Sequence record: OQ722176.1
Strand: one strand, 5' to 3'
DNA length: 64,000 nucleotides
The position numbers and the translations under genes were made by a program. Positions 20,622 through 30,049 of the stretch are shown here, one piece after another; position 1 is the first letter of the stretch, and every line of letters begins with the position of its first letter. Below the pieces are notes generated by a model that worked only from the letters and a program-made list of their open reading frames with translations, made no database searches and was not told where the DNA came from.

Positions 20622-20962
20622 TGAAAAACATTATTCTGGTAGATCATAAAGAACCGACAACTGCAATTGCTGTTAAATGTGATGTCGATGATTCTGAAAT
20701 CAATATCATGCACTTCAAAGATGTTGGTTTGCAGCGCATATACTCGGCTAATATGATTGCAGTCGAAGATGCAAATGGTAAGCTAATTCTTGTCAAGAAT
20801 CGCTATGCAATGAGCGCACACGAAGACAAGATTCGTTTTAACACAATAGACGGTATGATTGCATACATGAATGCGTTCTTGATTGACGCTGCATTGCCGA
20901 CCATCAACAAAGTTGTAGTTGAGCAGAAACAATATTTCGACCTAGAGGTACGTGGACTATGA
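20621..20962 (+). CDS. Hypothetical protein
   Basis: TAATG coupling. Confidence 0.6.
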   Translation: MKNIILVDHKEPTTAIAVKCDVDDSEINIMHFKDVGLQRIYSANMIAVEDANGKLILVKNRYAMSAHEDKIRFNTIDGMIAYMNAFLIDAALPTINKVVVEQKQYFDLEVRGL

Positions 20963-21240
20963 GTTTTGAAACAAAGATTATCTGTTATGCAGCACACGTG
21001 ACAGAGTTTGAACCGGGATGGGGCACACGCCCTGATGGTTACATTATCGCGAAGAGCGAAGCAGACGTCCGAGCGAAGGGCTTGCATATGCAAGAAATCG
21101 CCAAAACGTCGAAGCACGGCTATGAGTATATCGGTGAGATCTTCAAGTTCGAACCAACTCAGAAAGCAATTGATGAACTAACTGACCGTGACTATATCTG
21201 GACTGGTCGTAACTTTACTGAATGGGGCACAGCACTATGA
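20959..21240 (+). CDS. Hypothetical protein
   Basis: ATGA coupling; EPGWGTRPDG. Confidence 0.6.
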   Translation: MSFETKIICYAAHVTEFEPGWGTRPDGYIIAKSEADVRAKGLHMQEIAKTSKHGYEYIGEIFKFEPTQKAIDELTDRDYIWTGRNFTEWGTAL

Positions 21241-21470
21241 TTATTTTCTTACTTGTATCGTTCTTTCTAGGCGCGTATTTCATGAGCGAACTACCGCCGA
21301 ATCTTCGATACAAATGCACAAATCCAAAGCAGTTCTGGTCTGCTGCAACACGCTTGCAACAACTTGCACTAGTTTTCGGGTTCGTTGGTGTAATCTTCTT
21401 CTACCTGCTTGTAATTGTGTTGTCTGGGTGGAGTAAGCTGAAGAACTCTAGCTGGAACAAGAAGGCATGA
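21237..21470 (+). CDS. Two-TM membrane protein
   Basis: ATGA coupling. Confidence 0.55.
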   Translation: MIIFLLVSFFLGAYFMSELPPNLRYKCTNPKQFWSAATRLQQLALVFGFVGVIFFYLLVIVLSGWSKLKNSSWNKKA

Positions 21471-21637
21471 TCGTAATTCAGCACGCAAGTGATGGTTATA
21501 TCGTGCAGATTGGGTGTGATATTTGTTGCACCCCTGACTTAGACAAAGCAGACTCATTCGAGACCGTTGACGTTGCCACTGCATTCAAAGATCAATGGGA
21601 CTTATGGGATTGGGAGGTGAAACGTGTATCGCCATGA
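21467..21637 (+). CDS. Small hypothetical protein (56 aa)
   Basis: Manually read; ATGA coupling. Confidence 0.45.
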   Translation: MIVIQHASDGYIVQIGCDICCTPDLDKADSFETVDVATAFKDQWDLWDWEVKRVSP

Positions 21638-21809
21638 AATTGAAGAAATGATTGAAAAGCGTGGGTTTACCGCGGGTGAAGCTATTAACAAGTATAACGA
21701 GTCACGCTGGCAAGTTATTGATAATGGTACAGTGATTTACGAGTCATACAACGAATACTGTATTGAAGCGTTCTTGCTAGGTATTGATTACGTGCAAGAC
21801 GCACTATAA
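21624..21809 (+). CDS. Hypothetical protein
   Basis: GTG start, SD GGAGG. Confidence 0.6.
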   Translation: MYRHEIEEMIEKRGFTAGEAINKYNESRWQVIDNGTVIYESYNEYCIEAFLLGIDYVQDAL

Positions 21810-21829
21810 GCCGCTGATGCGGCTTTTTT
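21808..21829 (+). terminator. Intrinsic terminator
   Basis: AAGCCGC-TGAT-GCGGCTT plus T tract. Confidence 0.8.
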
Positions 21830-21851
21830 CGGTTTGAGGGAATGCTAAATA

Positions 21852-22136
21852 ATGTTAGTCAATATTGCTCATCATTCTTTTGATGTGTACATTGGTCGCG
21901 GCACCCCGTACGGAAATCCATTTAAAATTGGAATAGACGGCACTCGGAGCGAAGTTATAGAGCTTTATCGAGAGTGGTTGCGCATTCAGTTACAAGACGA
22001 CGAATTTAAAAAGCAATTTATGCAACTAAAAGGAAAGATTCTCGGATGTCATTGTAAGCCAAAAGCATGCCATGGCGATGTAATTCTCAAAGAACTTGAT
22101 AGATTGAGCAGTCCACTAAACAATTTTATAGGTTAA
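21852..22136 (+). CDS. DUF4326-like protein
   Basis: VYIGRGTPYGNPF, LKGKILGCHCKPKACHGDV. Confidence 0.8.
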   Translation: MLVNIAHHSFDVYIGRGTPYGNPFKIGIDGTRSEVIELYREWLRIQLQDDEFKKQFMQLKGKILGCHCKPKACHGDVILKELDRLSSPLNNFIG

Positions 22137-22140
22137 ATCT

Positions 22141-22434
22141 ATGAGAGAAGCAATTGCATTACTAAGCAACACGAGAATGGGATATACTGACATTAGCGCA
22201 TTTGGCGATCCAGTATTATATGTTCATGCGGGGCATGAAACAGTTTTGAAGGTGCAATACACAGAAGATTGCTACTCATTTTTCGACTACAAAAGCAATT
22301 ATCTTTATGAAGAACAGACGATAGATGATCTTGAGCTTCATATTAAATCAATCGAAGTTGGTCTTGACGATGATCTGCCATTAAATGGTAACGTCGATCT
22401 AGATACTTTACCAGACGGAGAATTTCTAGAATGA
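22141..22434 (+). CDS. Hypothetical protein
   Basis: AT-rich ORF. Confidence 0.55.
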   Translation: MREAIALLSNTRMGYTDISAFGDPVLYVHAGHETVLKVQYTEDCYSFFDYKSNYLYEEQTIDDLELHIKSIEVGLDDDLPLNGNVDLDTLPDGEFLE

Positions 22435-23270
22435 AATTTAGCGAATACCAGAACGAACTTACAGAAGCGTTTGATCGCCCAGCGCCAATCACCAATCGCC
22501 GCGGGAATCAGAGTTACTTCATGATTGGTCAAACTGAATACATGATCGGGTTGTATTTTGATGATAGCAACAACTCATTATCAGTAGACTTCATGATAAA
22601 ACCGCCAGGCGCGTCATCTTACTTCTACAATCTAGCAAAAGGCGACCCGAAAGACGCAATGACTGTTTTTGCAACGGTTATTTCTGAAATCAAGCGTGAA
22701 ATGCAGATTCGAACTATTGACCGTATCAAATTCAGCGCATTCCAAGACTCAAATTCATCCGATGCGCGTAAGAGAACTCGACTATACAAGCGCATGGCAG
22801 AGCGTTTCAGTAAAGAAATTGGGTTCAAGATGAAGATGTATGGTGATTCATTCGTATTAGACCGAGATCAGACAGTCGAAAGCCCTACTGGTTACGATAC
22901 TGCATGGGGCACTGAAATGCTTGATCTGTATGAGGTCAACGACGCTGCTATTGTCAAAGCCACAGAGGGGAATGGTGATTGGCTTCTTAATAACTTCCAC
23001 AGACTGAAAATCGTCAATGGTAAAGTCAATCTAACATCGGGTCCGATTCGCATGTCAGACGCTTGGTATGATGCTTTCTACGATTTAGAATGGCATTATG
23101 AAGAAGAAGACGAGACTTGGTATGATGATATGCAGAAAATTGCGGTTATCGCAGGCAAGATTTGGATCGTTCATGATACCGAAATCACCATTTGGAAGAG
23201 TGTTCGCGATCTTGAAATGCAAAGTGATTCAACTCTGAGTCAAGGCACGCTAGATCGTCTTGGTCTTTAA
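22431..23270 (+). CDS. Putative internal head protein, paralog of 14722 N-domain
   Basis: MKFSEYQNELTE; VFATV..KFSA..RLYKR. Confidence 0.6.
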   Translation: MKFSEYQNELTEAFDRPAPITNRRGNQSYFMIGQTEYMIGLYFDDSNNSLSVDFMIKPPGASSYFYNLAKGDPKDAMTVFATVISEIKREMQIRTIDRIKFSAFQDSNSSDARKRTRLYKRMAERFSKEIGFKMKMYGDSFVLDRDQTVESPTGYDTAWGTEMLDLYEVNDAAIVKATEGNGDWLLNNFHRLKIVNGKVNLTSGPIRMSDAWYDAFYDLEWHYEEEDETWYDDMQKIAVIAGKIWIVHDTEITIWKSVRDLEMQSDSTLSQGTLDRLGL

Positions 23271-23272
23271 TG

Positions 23273-23298
23273 AAAAGGTAGCTTCGGCTACCTTTTTT
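23273..23298 (+). terminator. Intrinsic terminator
   Basis: AAAAGGTAG-CTTCGG-CTACCTTTT. Confidence 0.85.
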
Positions 23299-23308
23299 CG
23301 TTTTTATA

Positions 23309-23364
23309 GCAAAAAGTGGTTGCATCAAATACTCAAAACGCCTATTATAGCTACATCGAAACGA
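23309..23364 (+). promoter_or_regulatory. Early promoter with conserved leader
   Basis: TTGCAT-17-TATTAT then AGCTACATCGAAACGA. Confidence 0.75.
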
Positions 23365-23378
23365 AAGAGGAAAACGAA

Positions 23379-23678
23379 ATGGACGTAACATCTAAGCTTG
23401 AGTTAAGCATGAAAGAGTTCGTTAACGTACCGTACAACGTTTACAAGACGCATTCTCTAGTTGGTCAAGCAAGTGAGCACATCAACAATCACTTCAACCA
23501 ACCGGGTGACATCGTGACTTCAAACGTAATGTACGTTGAAATCAACGGCGGTATCGTGTATGCTGTGACGCACTCTAAGAGTCGCTATCAGCTAACCAAC
23601 GTGTCTTTTGACGAGATTACGCACATGGTTCACGTTGCAGCCGAACGCGGTATCAATATTCCGCTTTACAATAACTAG
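23379..23678 (+). CDS. Hypothetical early protein
   Basis: SD GAGGA. Confidence 0.65.
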   Translation: MDVTSKLELSMKEFVNVPYNVYKTHSLVGQASEHINNHFNQPGDIVTSNVMYVEINGGIVYAVTHSKSRYQLTNVSFDEITHMVHVAAERGINIPLYNN

Positions 23679-23738
23679 AAAACTGCTTTAATACAATCTG
23701 ATTTACTATTTTTGATTACTTTTTGAGAGAAATATATT

Positions 23739-24053
23739 ATGACTACTATCGTTAACTTCACTGCTGCAATCGAACTAACTACTAAATCTCTAGTTGAAAC
23801 AAATCGCATCGAAGGTCGTTTCTACAACTCGACTATCGGTCACGAGCAAGGTGAGCAGTCAAAGACTGCTGCAATCGAAGCTTTCAAAGTAATTGACGGT
23901 AAAGTGTATGCTGAAACTCGCAACTGCGTGTTCCACCTACGCAACCTTTCTTCTCTAGCACTTGCGGACTTCAACACAATCAATGCACCAGTGTACTTGA
24001 AGCAAGCTGATGCGAAGTTCGACGAAATGGTTAAAGCAGCGTTATTCGCGTAA
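23739..24053 (+). CDS. Hypothetical protein
   Basis: GAGAG leader. Confidence 0.65.
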   Translation: MTTIVNFTAAIELTTKSLVETNRIEGRFYNSTIGHEQGEQSKTAAIEAFKVIDGKVYAETRNCVFHLRNLSSLALADFNTINAPVYLKQADAKFDEMVKAALFA

Positions 24054-24505
24054 TGTACCCGAAGAACAAAAGCTATTATGACTTGGTGTATCTTGACATC
24101 GCCAAGTCATTTGCTAAGAAAAGCACCTGCAAGCAGAAGCAAGTAGGTTCTGTCATCGTCAAGAATGATCGCATTATCTCTCATGGTTACAATGGCACGC
24201 CGTCTGGTATGATTCATTGTCGCGATACTGCTGATTACGGTGAATTAACGCACCGTCAATGGTCAGAAATTCACGAGATACATGCCGAGCAAAACGCGAT
24301 TTGCTACGCTGCACGCGCTGGCATATCAACTGAAGGCGCAACGATGTATGTAACAGCGTCGCCATGTCACAACTGTGCCAAGCTGATTGTAGCGGCTGGT
24401 ATCAAAATTCTCATTGTTGGTTCGATTTACAGTGGCTCACAACCCGACTGGTGGCATTGGCTACGTGATCGCGGCGTCACAGTTATTTCGTTCGAAGACG
24501 AATAA
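24053..24505 (+). CDS. cd: dCMP deaminase
   Basis: GYNGTPSG, HAEQNAI, SPCHNC. Confidence 0.92.
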   Translation: MYPKNKSYYDLVYLDIAKSFAKKSTCKQKQVGSVIVKNDRIISHGYNGTPSGMIHCRDTADYGELTHRQWSEIHEIHAEQNAICYAARAGISTEGATMYVTASPCHNCAKLIVAAGIKILIVGSIYSGSQPDWWHWLRDRGVTVISFEDE

Positions 24506-24559
24506 TGTTTAATATAAGTAATTCGGACTTATAATAGAGCTTTAACAAGAGAGAAACAT

Positions 24560-25486
24560 ATGAAAAGTACAATGTTTTTAAACAATATCACGTGTATCGA
24601 CCATGCATGGGTTGACGATATGGGTGAAATTAATGGTAACAGCTACAATCTTTGTGCTGAGATTACCGGTGAAGTTGACGAAACTGAACAAGTCGTGATT
24701 GATTTCAGTGGCTGCAAGAAAGCAATCAAGCATCTTGTAGACGAATCTGAATTCGCTATCGACCATCGTCTAGTTATCGTTGATGGTTTTAGTGATGCTG
24801 TGTTGTCTCAAGTTGAAGATCGTCTTCGAATGCAAGTAGACACACCAGTTTTCCACGCAGTATCAACGGTAAACGACTGGTATCAAGTCATCAAACCTAG
24901 CGAACTGATTGAAACAGACTTCAGAATCCCTAGCGATTCGCTGTACATGTCATATGTTGCTGAGTATCTTGAAGATATGCTACTTGAGCAGCTACGCAAG
25001 CAAGGTTATCCTGTTACACACGTCGCTGTAGAGCTTTCAGAGTCGTTTGACTTACCATCATGGGCAAACAGTCACGTTGAATTCAATTACGCTCACGGGC
25101 TTCGTTCAAGCACTTCATACGGCTGTCAGAATATCGCACACGGTCACCGTTCGTTCATTGCAGTAGATCAGCACTTGAACAGCAAAGGTCGCAAGGTACT
25201 GAAGCGCATTGCCAAAGAAATGAGCGGCTATATTGCTTGGTCAGACAACATTCGCAAAGAAGATGAAGTGTCATACAAGTCGCAGCGCGGTAACTTCTAC
25301 ATGCGTCACGAAAACATGATCGTGATACCAACTGAAACTACAGTTGAAAATCTCGCAAACTACATTGCAACGACATACGAAGAAGAATTCCAGCGAATGG
25401 GTGTTCAGCGTGTGTGGGTTTCAGAGGGTCTTTCTAAAGGCTCAGTAGTTGACATCAAAATCAACAAAGAATTGCTCTATAAGTAA
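24560..25486 (+). CDS. queD: QueD-like 6-carboxytetrahydropterin synthase, two T-fold domains
   Basis: VIDFSGCKK..DHRL; CQNIAHGHRS; TTVENLANYI; context. Confidence 0.7.
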   Translation: MKSTMFLNNITCIDHAWVDDMGEINGNSYNLCAEITGEVDETEQVVIDFSGCKKAIKHLVDESEFAIDHRLVIVDGFSDAVLSQVEDRLRMQVDTPVFHAVSTVNDWYQVIKPSELIETDFRIPSDSLYMSYVAEYLEDMLLEQLRKQGYPVTHVAVELSESFDLPSWANSHVEFNYAHGLRSSTSYGCQNIAHGHRSFIAVDQHLNSKGRKVLKRIAKEMSGYIAWSDNIRKEDEVSYKSQRGNFYMRHENMIVIPTETTVENLANYIATTYEEEFQRMGVQRVWVSEGLSKGSVVDIKINKELLYK

Positions 25487-25501
25487 TCAACAATAATTGT
25501 T

Positions 25502-25534
25502 TAGTAGCACGTCTCGGCGTGCTATTATTGTTTT
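25502..25534 (+). terminator. Hairpin/terminator between queD and folE
   Basis: TAGTAGCACG/CGTGCTATTA plus TTGTTTT. Confidence 0.55.
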
Positions 25535-25553
25535 CTATCAATGAGGAAATAGA

Positions 25554-26228
25554 ATGTTAGACAAAAATAAAGTAGATCCTATCCTAGGACAAAAAGTTGA
25601 AGCGCATCTTCGCAAAATCGGAATGCACACGCCGACTGTTGAAAACGGTCTAACTGATGATGAAAAGAAAGCGATTCTTGAAGATCGATTTACTGACATC
25701 ATGCAAGCTCTTGGTCTTGACCTGTCAGACGATTCGTTAGTCGATACGCCAAAGCGTTGGGCTAAGATGATGGTAAACGAGCTTATGAGCGGTCTATCGC
25801 CAGATATGTTCCCGAAATGTACGGCAGTAGACAACAAAATGAACTACGATCAGATGGTTTGTGAAAAAGGCATTACTGTTCTTTCACAATGTGAACATCA
25901 CATCGTGACAATCGACGGGTTTGCCACTGTTGCATACATCCCGAAGAACAAAGTTCTTGGTCTTTCTAAAATGAATCGAATCGTTGAGTACTTCGCTCGA
26001 CGCCCGCAGATTCAAGAGCGTCTGACTGTTCAAATCGCTGAAGCACTGAAGTTCATTCTTGAAACTGAAGACGTAGCGGTGATGTTAGACTGCAAACACT
26101 ATTGTGTCAAAGCGCGTGGTGTTGAAGACAACAACTCAAGTACTGTTACAAGTCATCTTTCAGGTGCTTTTAGAAATGAACCGGAAGCACGAGCAGAATT
26201 TATGTCTCTTGCTCGTTCACAGGCGTAA
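25554..26228 (+). CDS. folE: GTP cyclohydrolase I
   Basis: DTPKRWAK, SQCEHH, GLSKMNR, RPQIQERL, HYCVKARG. Confidence 0.95.
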   Translation: MLDKNKVDPILGQKVEAHLRKIGMHTPTVENGLTDDEKKAILEDRFTDIMQALGLDLSDDSLVDTPKRWAKMMVNELMSGLSPDMFPKCTAVDNKMNYDQMVCEKGITVLSQCEHHIVTIDGFATVAYIPKNKVLGLSKMNRIVEYFARRPQIQERLTVQIAEALKFILETEDVAVMLDCKHYCVKARGVEDNNSSTVTSHLSGAFRNEPEARAEFMSLARSQA

Positions 26229-26901
26229 CGTACCAATCTTTGAACTTAGCCGATGTGTATTTTACGCATCGGTTATACACAGTCACATTAGTGGTATCAT
26301 TAGCTTCGGCTGCTAATCGAGACGACTCAAACACCCCGTTTGGTGTGTGAAATAGATACTTTGATTGCGGGTTTTGACTCCCGACTTTAGACTTAGCGAG
26401 CTTTCGCTTATGTTCTTCAGTTTTTGTCGTGCCCTTCAGAACACCTTTACTCTTCGCAACATATTCACCGCGAAGGTAGCGTTCGTCGTCAACTCGAATG
26501 TATTCAGTTTCACCAGTAGCAATGCATATCGCAGCAAACTTACCTATATGATGCTTTGCAGCATCTTTTCTGGCATCTTTTGTCATCGACTCAAACAATC
26601 TAGAGTTCATATTGAACTCGCGTTGCTGTGAGCTGTTCGACATATTGAATGCTGTCAGTGCAAACTTCAGGCGATGTTTCAATTTGCCATTGAACATTTT
26701 AGCCAATAGCAAATGAGCTATATAATGCTCACGAGCCGTCAAGCGCACTAGGTTATGTGATTCATCACTACCACCCGCACATTTAGGTAAAATGTGATGT
26801 TTTTCGCTATAGCCGTCGGGTGTGTTTTTAATCCGATTCTCGATTAGAGAAATGTACCATTTTGTGTATTTGTTTAGTATAAGATTGTCGTGTGTTAACA
26901 T
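26200..26901 (-). mobile_element. Free-standing HNH homing endonuclease with NUMOD3-like tail
   Basis: EKHHILPK..GG.D..NLVRLTAREHYIAH; KTEEHKRKL; TATAAATA at 26935-42 minus. Confidence 0.85.
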
Positions 26902-26963
26902 TGTACTCTCTTTAAATAAGCATTACTGTGTTAATATTTATAATTTTTAAGACGAGGTTCACA

Positions 26964-28340
26964 TTGATCATTGAATACGTTATGTCTGCGACGGGTCACG
27001 CTCGTCTTGGTGCAGCACATAAACTAATGGGCGTGGTTGACACGTCCTATCTGCGTAAAATTCTAGACGCAGCACAAGACCTAGATGGTGTTCACAAAAT
27101 CAGTATGCTGTACAACGCATATACTGAGAAGAAAGTCGGTCATCAAATTAATGATTTGTTCGGTGATTCTGTGTACAAAGTACACGTCGATTCTGGCGGT
27201 CTTCAGATTGTCAACTTGGGTTTAGACAACACACCAGAGCTTCGTAAGGCAGTTTACGAGAATCAAGCAGAGTCTGGTGATATTGGTATGTGCTTCGATG
27301 AAATCCCGCTGCACAATGAAGCAAAAGGCGGCGGCGCGGCTCGTATCAACACGAAAGATAAAGTTTTCATGTATGATCTAGCGTACAAGTACGGGGTCAA
27401 GACTGGCAAGAACATTCGCGCACAGATTGAGACGTATATCGCAACTGAAAGCAAGTGCAAGCCGTATATCATCTTACAAGGCAACTCAGACGATGACTTC
27501 AAAGCATTCAGTGACGGCATTATGTCGCAACTCGATGGTGTTGAAGAGTACATTGCTGGTTGTGCTGCTGCCGATACATGTATTGGTAATGGCGTACGTG
27601 AATCAATCGACATGATGAGCGTTATCCCAAAGCTCAACATACCAGAACAAGCGAAGAAATCAGTTCACATGCTTGGTGTTGGGTCAGTTAAACGTCTATT
27701 ACCTGCTGTAGCTCTTATCAGAAGCGGTTATTTCGGTGATGAATTTCATATTAGCTATGACTCATCAACGCACACGGGTTGTTTAACCAACCGTGAATAC
27801 ACAGATAAGCTCGGTCGTCGTAAGAAAATCTCAGGTCACGGTATCTTCAAAGATGGTAAGAAATTGCCTTCTCGTGAGCTTGATGAAATGCTCGACGAAG
27901 TATGGGGTCGATTCGGTGCTGTGTTACCTCGTGGCAAAGAAGAGTTCAAAGATTTCGCAACACGCTTGTGGCTGAAAGAACTCGACAAAGAAACGATGAC
28001 AGACGAAGATATTGTGTTTGAAGTTGCTTGTAATTTGTGTATAATCTTATCTCAAGTTAACAACTTTCAAGCGATTATCTCTGAGACGTTCGACTTGAAC
28101 ACACCAAAAGCTGCTGACTTATCAGCGTTCTTCGGTGGTGCAGTCGAGAAGAAAGAGCCGCAAGAGGGTTTCAAGAAGTGGTCAGCGATTCGTCGTCTTG
28201 ACGTTCTTGATAAGCTGTTAGACGTGAACACTGTCGAAGCGTATGATCGTTGGCACAGTAGCTACGTTGACAGACTGCCGTCTATGCGCATTCGTCGCGG
28301 TACAACTGCTGAATTCCCAGCTTTCAAAGAACAAGAATAG
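26964..28340 (+). CDS. dpdA: TGT-fold 7-deazaguanine transglycosylase (DpdA2-like)
   Basis: HVDSGGLQ, LQG, HMLGVG, SYDSST; within que cluster; TTG start after GAGG. Confidence 0.7.
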   Translation: MIIEYVMSATGHARLGAAHKLMGVVDTSYLRKILDAAQDLDGVHKISMLYNAYTEKKVGHQINDLFGDSVYKVHVDSGGLQIVNLGLDNTPELRKAVYENQAESGDIGMCFDEIPLHNEAKGGGAARINTKDKVFMYDLAYKYGVKTGKNIRAQIETYIATESKCKPYIILQGNSDDDFKAFSDGIMSQLDGVEEYIAGCAAADTCIGNGVRESIDMMSVIPKLNIPEQAKKSVHMLGVGSVKRLLPAVALIRSGYFGDEFHISYDSSTHTGCLTNREYTDKLGRRKKISGHGIFKDGKKLPSRELDEMLDEVWGRFGAVLPRGKEEFKDFATRLWLKELDKETMTDEDIVFEVACNLCIILSQVNNFQAIISETFDLNTPKAADLSAFFGGAVEKKEPQEGFKKWSAIRRLDVLDKLLDVNTVEAYDRWHSSYVDRLPSMRIRRGTTAEFPAFKEQE

Positions 28341-28358
28341 CGCCTTCGGGCGCTCTTT
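28339..28358 (+). terminator. UUCG hairpin, weak terminator
   Basis: AGCGCC-TTCG-GGCGCT-CTTT. Confidence 0.55.
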
Positions 28359-28369
28359 ATGAGGTATAC

Positions 28370-29278
28370 ATGAGCAATTATGATCAAGTTTCAGCTATTG
28401 CTGCTGAACACTTAGGTAAAAAAGCAGGCGATTACAGTGATTTCGTCAACATTGTAAGCATTCGACCTGACTTACTCGTACCAATCCCGCGTGAGTTGAA
28501 CCGAACTGATTACGGCATCACTAACAGCGACTTTGCTGGCTTTGATACGTGGCACGGCTTTGAAGTTTCATCATTGACTGAACAAGGTCTACCAGTATCT
28601 GGTATGGCGAAAGTTGTGTATCCAAGTGATTCACCGAACATCGTTGAAAGTAAGTCGATGAAACTGTACTGGAACAGCTTCAACATGGCTAAAATCGGTG
28701 ACAATCGCGCTGAAGTAGCACGAGCAATCGAAGTTATTGCAGCACGCGATCTATCAAACATCATCGGTGCACCAGTTCAAGTGAGCTTCTTCACTGAAAA
28801 GCTAACTCAACCGCATGGCATGACTGGCTTTGCAGAGCTTGACAAATACGTGTCTGAAGAGACTGTTTTCGACTCTGAAAGCGGTGCTGATACTGATTTG
28901 CTGCAAGAATCACACATCAAGCGTTTGAAAGTGTTCACACCCAATCTACGTTCGAACTGTCGCGTTACTCATCAACCAGACTTCGGTGATTTGTACGTGT
29001 ACATGAACGGCGAGAAGACCCCGACTGTTGATAGCTTAATGCAATACATCGTGTCTTTCCGCAAAGAGAATCATTTCCATGAAGAATGTGTAGAAATGAT
29101 TTACAAAGCGTTGCTTGATAAGTTCAACCCGACTGAACTGATGGTAACTGCACTATACACACGTCGCGGTGGTTGGAATATCTGCCCTGCACGTGCAACG
29201 CACGAAGAGCTATTACCTGAAGCACTAGGTAGTAAATCTGTCTCGCACACTAACGGAAGCTGTTTATTCCGTCAGTAA
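28370..29278 (+). CDS. queF: preQ0 reductase, bimodular
   Basis: ESKSMKLYWNSFN, RSNCRVTHQPD, HFHEECVE, YTRRGG. Confidence 0.92.
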   Translation: MSNYDQVSAIAAEHLGKKAGDYSDFVNIVSIRPDLLVPIPRELNRTDYGITNSDFAGFDTWHGFEVSSLTEQGLPVSGMAKVVYPSDSPNIVESKSMKLYWNSFNMAKIGDNRAEVARAIEVIAARDLSNIIGAPVQVSFFTEKLTQPHGMTGFAELDKYVSEETVFDSESGADTDLLQESHIKRLKVFTPNLRSNCRVTHQPDFGDLYVYMNGEKTPTVDSLMQYIVSFRKENHFHEECVEMIYKALLDKFNPTELMVTALYTRRGGWNICPARATHEELLPEALGSKSVSHTNGSCLFRQ

Positions 29279-29332
29279 TAAGAGCTATAATGAGTGTTCA
29301 ATAGTGAGCACTCATATACTTGAGAGGTTAAA

Positions 29333-30049
29333 ATGAAAGTAGTATCTGTTCTAAGTGGTGGTCTTGACTCTACCATTCTTACATATTCACTAGTAGACCA
29401 ATTTGGCAAAGACAATGTGTTTGCTTTATCGTTCTACTACGGTCAAAAGCAGTCGATTGAGCTAGAAAAAGCGAAGTTGACTTGTCAAAAGCTCGGTATC
29501 GAGCATCGTCTAATCGACATTTCATTCTTAGGTGAAGTTGTTGCTCCTGTTTGTGCGAATATCAAAGGCACTGATGTTGCAATGCCGACAATTCAAGACG
29601 TTCTAGGTGACCCTCAGCCGCCAACTGAAGTTCCATATCGTAACATGCTATTGAATACAATCGCGTTCTCGTTTGCGCAAGCGAATGGCTGTGCTGCGGT
29701 GTTTACTGGCATTCAAGTGCATGACGCATATGGCTATTGGGATTGTACACAAGACTTTCTTGATGGTATGAATCAAATCTCATCACTGAATCGTCAACAT
29801 GAAATTTCACTATGTGCACCGTTTGCTCAGATGTCAAAAGCTGAAGAAATCGCTATCGGCATAGAGCTTGGCGTACCGTTCGAAGATAGCTTAACTTGCT
29901 ATGACCCGAACGAAGTAGGTGAAAGTTGCGGTGTATGTCCGTCATGTGCTGAACGCATCATGAACTTCGGTAAAGCGGGTATCAAAGACCCTGCACCGTA
30001 CTCGAAAGACATCCCATGGGATCAAGTGTTTGCTAAGGCAGGTCATTAA
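29333..30049 (+). CDS. queC: preQ0 synthase
   Basis: SGGLDST, YGQKQ, VPYRN, TCY..CGVCPSC. Confidence 0.95.
   Translation: MKVVSVLSGGLDSTILTYSLVDQFGKDNVFALSFYYGQKQSIELEKAKLTCQKLGIEHRLIDISFLGEVVAPVCANIKGTDVAMPTIQDVLGDPQPPTEVPYRNMLLNTIAFSFAQANGCAAVFTGIQVHDAYGYWDCTQDFLDGMNQISSLNRQHEISLCAPFAQMSKAEEIAIGIELGVPFEDSLTCYDPNEVGESCGVCPSCAERIMNFGKAGIKDPAPYSKDIPWDQVFAKAGH

Noticed and set aside
26200-26960. Group I intron hosting the HNH gene
   Set aside because: folE and dpdA each look complete and the endonuclease is antisense; no intron core recognised
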